Assembly (NCBI GenBank): GCA_025210525.1
Contig: JAOARP010000047.1
Coordinates: 693,465 to 717,464 of the forward strand
Direction: 5' to 3'
Length of the DNA stretch: 24,000 nt
Source: Marinisporobacter sp.
Lineage (GTDB): Bacteria; Bacillota; Clostridia; Peptostreptococcales; Thermotaleaceae
In this document: piece by piece, positions 18,194 to 24,000 of the stretch
How positions within the stretch are numbered: the stretch's first letter is position 1
How the letters are laid out: every line of letters starts with the position of its first letter
The notes under the pieces: generated by a model
Databases searched by the model: none
The model's input: only the letters and a program-made list of their open reading frames with translations
Told to the model about the DNA's origin: nothing
Program-made: the position numbers and the translations under genes

Positions 18194-18223
18194 AAAAAAG
18201 CCTTGGAATTCCAAGGTTTTTTA
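18194..18223. terminator. Bidirectional rho-independent terminator (end of the tRNA operon and the integrase fragment)
   Basis: aaaaaag-ccttggaattccaagg-tttttta: a perfect 16-nt GC-containing palindrome flanked by A and T runs. Confidence 0.75.
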
Positions 18224-18229
18224 TCGTTT

Positions 18230-18306
18230 TGGCACACCCTGAGGGACTCGAACCCCCGACGAACTGATTCGAAGTCAGCCACTCTATCCAACTGAGCTAA
18301 GGGTGC
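18230..18306 (-). tRNA. tRNA-Arg (anticodon UCG)
   Basis: The reverse complement folds as a cloverleaf with anticodon loop CTTCGAA, T-loop TTCGAGT and an encoded CCA. Several G.U pairs are present, including 1:72. Confidence 0.8.
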
Positions 18307-18335
18307 ACGTTTATTTATACTATTATATGTTAAGA

Positions 18336-18359
18336 AAGTTAGCATATACATGCTAACTT
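18336..18359. other. 10-bp hairpin between tRNA-Gly and tRNA-Arg(UCG)
   Basis: aagttagcat-atac-atgctaactt. It could be a processing site or a weak terminator. Confidence 0.4.
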
Positions 18360-18365
18360 TAAAAT

Positions 18366-18439
18366 TGGAGCGGATGATGGGAATCGAACCCACGCTATCA
18401 GCTTGGAAGGCTGAAGTTCTACCATTGAACTACATCCGC
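18366..18439 (-). tRNA. tRNA-Gly (anticodon UCC), copy 1
   Basis: GCGGATGTAGTTCAATGGTAGAAC...CTTCCAA...GGTTCGATTCC...CCGCTCCA. Identical to the copy at 18816-18889. Confidence 0.92.
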
Positions 18440-18448
18440 AAATTTTAG

Positions 18449-18524
18449 TGGTGACCCATCCGCGGCTCGAACGCGGGACACCTTGATTAAAAGTCAAGTG
18501 CTCTACCAACTGAGCTAATGGGTC
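18449..18524 (-). tRNA. tRNA-Lys (anticodon UUU)
   Basis: GACCCATTAGCTCAGTTGGTAGAGC, anticodon loop CTTTTAA, T-arm CCGCGTTCGAGCCGCGG, encoded CCA. Confidence 0.92.
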
Positions 18525-18529
18525 TTATA

Positions 18530-18606
18530 TGGGGTGGATGATGGGATTTGAACCCACGCATGCAGGAGCCACAATCCTGTGTCTTAACCACTTGACTACA
18601 CCCACC
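18530..18606 (-). tRNA. tRNA-His (anticodon GUG)
   Basis: Anticodon loop TTGTGGC. An extra 5' G gives the 8-bp acceptor stem (G-1:C73) characteristic of tRNA-His. CCA is encoded. Confidence 0.92.
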
Positions 18607-18607
18607 A

Positions 18608-18684
18608 TGGCGGGTCCACAGGGATTCGAACCCCGGACACACGGCTTAGAAGGCCGTTGCTCTATCCAACTGAGCTATGAACCC
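18608..18684 (-). tRNA. tRNA-Arg (anticodon UCU)
   Basis: GGGTTCATAGCTCAGTTGGATAGAGC, anticodon loop CTTCTAA, T-loop TTCGAAT, encoded CCA. Confidence 0.9.
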
Positions 18685-18779
18685 AAGTCATATCTGCATC
18701 TTCATTTAATACTTTTAATGGAACCTAGCCTGTTAACTAAGCGATTCACGCAAAATCATAGATTTTGGTTCTCTGCTTA

Positions 18780-18805
18780 TATCCAACTGAGCTATGAACC
18801 CAAGT
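18780..18805 (-). repeat. Orphan duplicate of the 5' leader plus the first 22 nt of tRNA-Arg(UCU)
   Basis: The 26 nt tatccaactgagctatgaacccaagt are identical to 18663-18688. Homology stops in the D-loop, and no T-arm or anticodon arm follows. Confidence 0.8.
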
Positions 18806-18815
18806 TTTAAAAAAT

Positions 18816-18889
18816 TGGAGCGGATGATGGGAATCGAACCCACGCTATCAGCTTGGAAGGCTGAAGTTCTACCATTGAACTACATCCGC
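18816..18889 (-). tRNA. tRNA-Gly (anticodon UCC), copy 2
   Basis: Identical over 74 nt to 18366-18439. The aaaatt 3' flank is also shared. Confidence 0.92.
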
Positions 18890-18935
18890 GTATTGTTTTT
18901 CTTCAATCAAGAATTATTTGTCCTGACAAGATAAT

Positions 18936-18964
18936 ATATTATCACAATCACTTCATTCTGTCAA
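18936..18964 (-). promoter_or_regulatory. Internal sigma-A promoter of the tRNA cluster (drives Gly-Arg-His-Lys-Gly-Arg)
   Basis: The minus strand reads TTGACA (18964-18959), an exact 17-nt spacer, then TAATAT (18941-18936). Confidence 0.65.
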
Positions 18965-19012
18965 GACTTTTTTCACCATCCAATATTTTAATGAAATGTT
19001 GATCATTAAAGT

Positions 19013-19089
19013 TGGTCGAGGTGGCAGGATTTGAACCCGCGGCCCTCTGGTCCCAAACCAGATGCGCTACCAAACTGCGCTACACCTCG
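19013..19089 (-). tRNA. tRNA-Pro (anticodon UGG), copy A
   Basis: CGAGGTGTAGCGCAGTTTGGTAGCGC, anticodon loop TTTGGGA, T-loop TTCAAAT, encoded CCA. Confidence 0.92.
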
Positions 19090-19140
19090 TCATGATGAAA
19101 ACTTAGTCAATAAGCTTTAATGAAATGTTGATCATTAAAG

Positions 19141-19217
19141 TGGTCGAGGTGGCAGGATTTGAACCCGCGGCCCTCTGGTCCCAAACCAGATGCGCTACCA
19201 AACTGCGCTACACCTCG
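19141..19217 (-). tRNA. tRNA-Pro (anticodon UGG), copy B
   Basis: Identical to copy A. It is part of a ~128-bp tandem duplication that includes the downstream hairpin ctttaatga-N8-tcattaaag. Confidence 0.92.
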
Positions 19218-19235
19218 TTCCAACTGACAAGCTAT

Positions 19236-19264
19236 AGTATACTGGATAGAAAAAGTAAAGTCAA
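19236..19264 (-). promoter_or_regulatory. Upstream sigma-A promoter of the tRNA cluster
   Basis: The minus strand reads TTGACT (19264-19259), an exact 17-nt spacer, then TATACT (19241-19236), about 19 nt before tRNA-Pro B. Confidence 0.65.
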
Positions 19265-19308
19265 AATCAAAATCATGGTTTTAACAATTATTTAACATGA
19301 TTTTGATT
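19265..19308 (-). terminator. Long hairpin after the phosphoesterase gene; putative terminator abutting the tRNA promoter
   Basis: A 13-bp perfect stem, aatcaaaatcatg / catgattttgatt, with an 18-nt loop and T-rich flanks on both strands. The long loop lowers confidence. Confidence 0.4.
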
Positions 19309-19395
19309 GATTTTCTTTTTTTTTTGACGTTTTCCTCGAGATAGCAACAGTTTTTATTCTTTTCATTGTTTCATTATTAACTGAATCTTTGAAAA

Positions 19396-19866
19396 TTATA
19401 CTTCAATAATATGACTTTTTACATTTTTTCCATCTAGTTCTATGATTCCATAAGAAGCCTTAGACCCTCCCCTAGGACTGGTCAGGCTCCCTGGATTCAT
19501 GATTAATACATCTTCATGCTTCACCTTTACAGGCATATGGGTATGTCCAAATAATACGATATTACATCCCTCTTCTAACCCTTTATAATAAATCCTTGAT
19601 AGACTAGATTTTACCCCATACTGGTGTCCATGGGTTAAAAACAATTTATGTTCTCCAAGGTCTAAGACCTTCTCATCTTCAATTTCACCTCTATCACAAT
19701 TCCCCTTTACACTTACTACTTTTATGTCGGTATTTTCGCTGATTGCTAAAGCATCTGGGTAATAATCACCTAAATGAATCATTAAATCTATTTTATCCAT
19801 TTTAGCAATAATATGTTCAGCTAAATGAATCTTTCCATGGGTATCACTCATTACTACAATTCTCAA
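19396..19866 (-). CDS. YfcE/MJ0936-family metallophosphoesterase (B. subtilis YsnB-like)
   Basis: Motifs MSDTHG, GDY, GNCD, THGH and GHTH appear in canonical order. TTG start with a GGAGGAG SD. Confidence 0.88.
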   Translation of the reverse strand: MRIVVMSDTHGKIHLAEHIIAKMDKIDLMIHLGDYYPDALAISENTDIKVVSVKGNCDRGEIEDEKVLDLGEHKLFLTHGHQYGVKSSLSRIYYKGLEEGCNIVLFGHTHMPVKVKHEDVLIMNPGSLTSPRGGSKASYGIIELDGKNVKSHIIEV

Positions 19867-19879
19867 CGATCTACTCCTC

Positions 19880-20476
19880 CTACAGTACTTCTCCTAAGGC
19901 TACCTTTAGTTTCTCAAGGGCATTTGCTCTATGGCTAATTTTATTCTTTATTTCTGATCCTAATTCTGCAAAGGTTTTATCATATTCAGGTACAATAAAT
20001 AACGGATCATATCCAAATCCACTCTCACCCTTCTTTTCAAATCCTATAAATCCTTTACATTCTCCTCTTACACTAATTTTTTTACCATCAGGAAATGCTA
20101 CAGATATGACAGATACAAATCTTGCATTTCTTTCTTCCATAGGTAACTCCTTTAGCATATGAAGTAGCTTTTCATTATTTTTTTCATCTGTTGCTCCTTC
20201 TCCTGAAAATCTTGCAGAATATACACCAGGTTGATTATCAATTGCCTTTACCTCAAGACCTGAATCATCTGCAATAGCAATAGCTCCTGTCTCTTTCATT
20301 ACTTCTACTGCCTTTTTCATGGAGTTTTCTTCAAAGGTTTCCCCATCTTCTATGATTTCTAAATTTTCTAATCCTACCTCATCCATGCTTTTTATAGTTA
20401 AAGGAAAATCCTTTAAAATAACTTTTATTTCTTCTAATTTATGTTTATTTTTAGATGCAATCACTACTTGATTCAT
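19880..20476 (-). CDS. rdgB: Non-canonical purine NTP pyrophosphatase (dITP/XTP pyrophosphatase, Ham1/RdgB)
   Basis: VIASKNKHKLEEI...ADDSGLEV..L...PGVYSARF...FGYDPLF...SHRANAL. The ATG at 20476 (1 nt after the rph stop) is preferred over the ORF-track start at 20503. Confidence 0.9.
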   Translation of the reverse strand: MNQVVIASKNKHKLEEIKVILKDFPLTIKSMDEVGLENLEIIEDGETFEENSMKKAVEVMKETGAIAIADDSGLEVKAIDNQPGVYSARFSGEGATDEKNNEKLLHMLKELPMEERNARFVSVISVAFPDGKKISVRGECKGFIGFEKKGESGFGYDPLFIVPEYDKTFAELGSEIKNKISHRANALEKLKVALGEVL

Positions 20477-20477
20477 T

Positions 20478-21242
20478 CTATTTCGCTCCTGTCTCTTCTT
20501 CATTTACTTTTCCAATCAATTGGTGAATGTCTCCTAAAGCTTCTTTCTGCATTTCTATAAGCTCCATATTTCCTTTTTCAGCAAGCTCTAAAAGAGCATT
20601 TAGTTCTTGTCTGCTAAAAGGTGCTTCTTCCCCTGTTCCTTGTACCTCTACAAACTCTTTTTTGTCTGTCATGATTACATTCATATCTACTTTTGCATTA
20701 GAATCTTCTTGATAGCATAAATCTAACACAGGTATATCCTTTACTACCCCTACACTAATAGCTGCTACATAATTTTTTACTGGGAATGTTTTTATTTTCT
20801 TTGCTTCATAAAGCTTATGTAATCCTTGTGCTAATGCAATAAAAGCTCCAGTTATAGATGCAGTTCTTGTTCCACCATCTGCTTGAATCACATCACAGTC
20901 TATCCATATAGTTCTTTCTCCTAAAGCATCTAAATTCACTACAGAACGTAATGCTCTTCCTATAAGTCTTTGGATTTCTTGTGTTCTTCCATCCACTTTT
21001 CCTCTGCTAGATTCTCTTATTTTTCTTGTCTGAGTAGATCTTGGAAGCATGCCATATTCTGCTGTTACCCAACCTGTTCCCTTTCCTTTTAAAAATGGAG
21101 GAACCCTTTCTTCTATTGAAGCTGTACATATTACTTTTGTATTTCCCATCTCTATGAGCACTGAGCCTTCTGCATAGGCTAAATAATCCTTTGTGATTGT
21201 AACTTTTCTTAATTCATTTTCTTTTCTACCGTCAAATCTCAT
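20478..21242 (-). CDS. rph: Ribonuclease PH
   Basis: [14 protein letters not shown]...[18 protein letters not shown]...[24 protein letters not shown]...[25 protein letters not shown] is near-collinear with B. subtilis Rph. Confidence 0.95.
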   Translation of the reverse strand: MRFDGRKENELRKVTITKDYLAYAEGSVLIEMGNTKVICTASIEERVPPFLKGKGTGWVTAEYGMLPRSTQTRKIRESSRGKVDGRTQEIQRLIGRALRSVVNLDALGERTIWIDCDVIQADGGTRTASITGAFIALAQGLHKLYEAKKIKTFPVKNYVAAISVGVVKDIPVLDLCYQEDSNAKVDMNVIMTDKKEFVEVQGTGEEAPFSRQELNALLELAEKGNMELIEMQKEALGDIHQLIGKVNEEETGAK

Positions 21243-21356
21243 GTTTTCCTCTCCTATTCTTTTTGCTTATCATCATAAATTATTGTACCATATAAACCCA
21301 TCTATTACATCTTTCTTTAGTGTATCCCTTCCGCTGTTCATTTATTTCTTCATAAT

Positions 21357-21380
21357 AAAAAACCAGTGGAAAACCACTGG
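21357..21380 (-). terminator. Rho-independent terminator after gerM
   Basis: Stem ccagtgg/ccactgg with a 4-nt loop, followed on the minus strand by TTTTTTTATT. Confidence 0.65.
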
Positions 21381-21383
21381 CTC

Positions 21384-22412
21384 TTATTCATATTGATTAG
21401 CAAATGTAGGGACTACTACAGGATCTTCTTTATTTTCTTTTCCTAACTTCAATTCCTTTCCATTTACAAATAATTTCACTCCAGCAACTTCTGGATTTTG
21501 TTCTTTCACAGTAAGCCCAAAGGATTTTGCTACACTATCCACTGCTCCTTTATTATCTACAACCTCGAGTATTTCTTCAGAAAGATTAATACAAGCCACA
21601 CTATCATTCATATCTACACTTACTATATGAGTTCCTTTTGGAATTTCACTATATAACCCTAATCCCTCTGGTGGTCCTTCAACTAGCGCATCTAATGCAT
21701 CTAATACATTTGTGCTTGCAGCGTCTTTCTTTTCAATTCCCTTTGTAACAGGTACAAAATAGGATTCTAATCCATTTGTTGTCCCTTCATAATATACAAC
21801 TACTTTATTATCACTCTTTTCTGCACTTACATAGTTGATATCATCTCTAGTAAGTGTTTGTGCTGTTTTTGTCCCAAACTCAAGACTATTAGGAGCTTTT
21901 CCATTGATCATCAGTTGTACACAATCAATTGTAGGAAATTCTGTCAACGTATAAGTTACTGCTTTTACTAGCGCTGTTTCTTCTTCTTTACTAAAATAAT
22001 TTAAAAAGTCACTGCTAAAATCTACTTTACAAATTCCATCTTTAATACTCATTCCTCGAATTTCTGTGTTTGCAGGAATCGTTGGAATCAATCCTATTTC
22101 TTCAATGTCTTTTCTATTTGCAGGATTGTCAATCATTGCTCTTAATGCTTCTTTTGCTATTCCTCTTCCTTCTGTCCAAGGAATTTTTCTCATAACAGGG
22201 ATTAAGAATCCTTTTTCATCTTTATAATAAAGCACCGTATTTCTTAATCCTTCACTCATTTGTGCATCATCACCACTCTCAATAATATTCGAAGCAGATT
22301 GTTCCTCATCTTCAAATAATCCTTTAACCATTTGGATAGGATTTGCACACCCAGCTAAACTGATCATCATGCATAGTATTAAACCTATAGCAACTACTCT
22401 TTTCACCTTCAT
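21384..22412 (-). CDS. gerM: GerM-like sporulation/germination lipoprotein (two GerMN domains)
   Basis: Lipoprotein signal MKVKRVVAIGLILCMMISLAGC. The blocks VDFSSDFLNY, TYTLTEFPTID and YFVPVTKGI match B. subtilis GerM (ADFSNEFKNY, YYVPVTKRI). The position upstream of rph matches B. subtilis. Confidence 0.85.
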   Translation of the reverse strand: MKVKRVVAIGLILCMMISLAGCANPIQMVKGLFEDEEQSASNIIESGDDAQMSEGLRNTVLYYKDEKGFLIPVMRKIPWTEGRGIAKEALRAMIDNPANRKDIEEIGLIPTIPANTEIRGMSIKDGICKVDFSSDFLNYFSKEEETALVKAVTYTLTEFPTIDCVQLMINGKAPNSLEFGTKTAQTLTRDDINYVSAEKSDNKVVVYYEGTTNGLESYFVPVTKGIEKKDAASTNVLDALDALVEGPPEGLGLYSEIPKGTHIVSVDMNDSVACINLSEEILEVVDNKGAVDSVAKSFGLTVKEQNPEVAGVKLFVNGKELKLGKENKEDPVVVPTFANQYE

Positions 22413-22580
22413 CCCCTTCCCTCCTTAACAAATGTCTCTATAAGATTATATTAGTGAGAGGAGGATACTATGTCTAAATCTATAAATTTGTATTATTTTC
22501 TTTTTATCGGCTCTATAAGATTTCTCAAGATAACATTTATTTATGATAAATTCTCTAACACCTTTAAAGTGCTATGTGAC

Positions 22581-22608
22581 AAAAGGAGATGCAAATGCAT
22601 CTCCTTTT
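22581..22608 (-). terminator. Rho-independent terminator after the amidase gene
   Basis: aaaaggagatgc-aaat-gcatctcctttt: a 12-bp stem overlapping the stop codon, followed by a T-run on the minus strand. Confidence 0.7.
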
Positions 22609-24000
22609 ACTCTTCATCAAAATATCTTTTAATTCCATTAAATAATGCTTGTGCAGCTTTTTGTCTATATTCAGCTGTACGAACCAAAGACCCTTCTGTT
22701 GGATTTGAAATAAATCCTACTTCTGCAATAACACTAGGCATGTTTGTTTCTCTTATAACAACAAACTCTGGTTCGTTTTTAATTCCTCTATCCTTTGCTT
22801 TTAAAGCTTTGATCATTTCTTCTTGTATAGTCTTTGCAAATCTTTTACAATCTCTGTTTGGATCATCTACGTAAAGCATTTCAATCCCTGATACTTTTTT
22901 ATTTTCAGCATAATTATAATGAATACTCACAAATACAGCTCCACCTAATCCATTAGCTACCTCTGGTCTTCCATATAGATCAAGGGTTCTATCATCGTTT
23001 CTTGTCATATAAGTAGTAAATCCTGCTTTTTTTAGTAAATCATTTAATCTTAATGATGTATCTAACGTAAGCTCTTTTTCTACTAAGTTAAGTGCTTTAT
23101 TACTAGCCCCTGGGTCTTTTCCTCCATGTCCTGGATCAATGATTACAAGTCTACCACTATAGCTAGAAGTTTTTATTCTTCTATTTTCAAATTTTATGAT
23201 AATCTCCTCTGTATATTGATCTGTAGTTTCTATTCTGTAGTCTGTTGTATCTTTTAATTGTAAAGCCATGTAGTAATAATCATCATCTTCATTTACACGA
23301 ATACTTTTTATCAAGCTATCATCAATATTTACTATTTTTTCTTCTAATTCTATTTTATTTTTAGGTACTTTTACAATCAACTCGTTGGTGATAGTAGCAT
23401 AATCTACATTATACTCTCCTAATTCTTTTAATGTTAGCCTTACGAATGACCTATTCATATCCTCTCTTTGATAATGAATATATTCCATTTTTTCATCTTT
23501 TGATGGATCAATAGGAATTTTATTGGTATATACAAAAATATTCGTTCCTTCATCTTGAACAAATATATTTTTAAGACTTTGTCCTTCTTCAAGGTCTAAA
23601 ACAACACGAACGATTTTATCGTCTGCATCATAATTATCATCAGGAGCAAATTGTGCTGTCCTAATCCTCGTAACCCCCATTTCTCCAATAGGGATTTCAC
23701 TTTGTTCAACAGCCAATTGTGCATTGATTACATCTACAACTACTTTGTTTCCAAAGTCCATCACATTGTATTGAGGCTCTTCTTCTGTCTCAATGACAAT
23801 AGCATCTAAACCGTCTTTGTTTTGTAAACAAATATTTTTTACAGCGTTTAAAGCTTCTTCCTTTGAATTTTCACCTTTTGGAAATTCAACCTTAATGGCA
23901 CCTATATTTTCATCAAATAAGACCTTATACTCTTTTTTCATAACTAAATCAATAACAATCCTACTAACATTTCTAGGACTAGTTTCAAATATAGAGCCTC
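22607..24000 (-). CDS. N-acetylmuramoyl-L-alanine amidase (Amidase_3) with N-terminal AMIN-like repeats; probably 5'-truncated by the window edge
   Basis: The catalytic domain has IIDPGHGGKDPGA, VSIHYN and ...EVGFISNP. The reading frame upstream of the ORF-track ATG (23941) stays open to position 24000 (..GSIFETSPRNVSRIVIDLVMKKEY..). That stretch ends in an RIVIDL motif like the later IVRVVLDL. The true start may therefore lie outside the window. Confidence 0.85.
   Translation of the reverse strand, partial: GSIFETSPRNVSRIVIDLVMKKEYKVLFDENIGAIKVEFPKGENSKEEALNAVKNICLQNKDGLDAIVIETEEEPQYNVMDFGNKVVVDVINAQLAVEQSEIPIGEMGVTRIRTAQFAPDDNYDADDKIVRVVLDLEEGQSLKNIFVQDEGTNIFVYTNKIPIDPSKDEKMEYIHYQREDMNRSFVRLTLKELGEYNVDYATITNELIVKVPKNKIELEEKIVNIDDSLIKSIRVNEDDDYYYMALQLKDTTDYRIETTDQYTEEIIIKFENRRIKTSSYSGRLVIIDPGHGGKDPGASNKALNLVEKELTLDTSLRLNDLLKKAGFTTYMTRNDDRTLDLYGRPEVANGLGGAVFVSIHYNYAENKKVSGIEMLYVDDPNRDCKRFAKTIQEEMIKALKAKDRGIKNEPEFVVIRETNMPSVIAEVGFISNPTEGSLVRTAEYRQKAAQALFNGIKRYFDEE

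Noticed and set aside
18169-18810. ORF-track entries 18169-18393 (-) and 18529-18810 (+)
   Set aside because: They run through tRNA genes (Arg, Gly, His, Arg), so the open frames are accidental consequences of GC-rich tRNA sequence.
18919-18932. Palindromic ttgtcctgacaa near the internal tRNA promoter, which resembles the ttgtcctagtcaa operator boxes at 15073-15126
   Set aside because: The shared part is only ~7 nt of AT-rich sequence, and the dyad architecture differs. Most likely coincidence.
18360-19220. Regularly spaced identical repeats that might be mistaken for a CRISPR-like array
   Set aside because: The repeats are complete tRNA genes (Gly x2, Pro x2) with cloverleaf structure and encoded CCA. 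There are no short uniform repeats with unique spacers and no cas genes.
4207-22874. Other plus-strand ORF-track entries: 859-1053, 4207-4449, 6551-6733, 7571-7759, 8123-8323, 10292-10489, 11741-12046, 12535-12732, 15443-15661, 15753-16049, 20527-20712, 21193-21396, 22470-22874
   Set aside because: All are short and antisense to strongly supported minus-strand genes, or lie in their promoter regions. All have serine/phenylalanine/leucine-rich shadow composition and lack ribosome-binding sites.

Overview
This is an AT-rich Firmicutes (Clostridia-like, spore-former) chromosomal segment. Every gene is on the minus strand except one integrase fragment.

- **Right third (19.4-24 kb):** conserved housekeeping synteny of cell-wall amidase, gerM, rph, rdgB and a ysnB-like phosphoesterase.
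- **tRNA cluster (18.23-19.22 kb):** eight minus-strand tRNAs with two strong sigma-A-type promoters, in the order Pro, Pro, Gly, [Arg 5' fragment], Arg, His, Lys, Gly, Arg.
- **Decayed integrative element:** it starts directly beyond the last tRNA and consists of a C-terminal tyrosine-integrase fragment, an XRE repressor and a frameshifted ImmA/IrrE-like remnant. It opens a ~12 kb defence-island-like region (about 6.0-18.2 kb).
- **Island, part a:** a self-contained two-gene cassette, a 2-TM 376-aa protein plus a translationally coupled 60-aa basic protein.
- **Island, part b:** a tightly packed five-gene operon of HTH regulator, 148-aa small basic protein, hsdM, hsdS and a 525-aa SIR2-like protein.
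- **Island, part c:** a separately expressed hsdR.
- **Left part:** M20 amidohydrolase, a replisome-organizer-like protein next to an ABC exporter, an orphan 314-aa ORF, rpsD and a partial gene.

The most interesting signal is the SIR2-like gene. It sits in the slot that the anticodon nuclease PrrC occupies in the E. coli prr type I R-M locus, and no known SIR2 partner (TIR, HerA, pAgo) is nearby. This suggests an R-M-embedded NAD-depleting abortive-infection module. No CRISPR array, rRNA or intact transposase is visible. All functional calls rest on motif recognition by eye; no database search was run.
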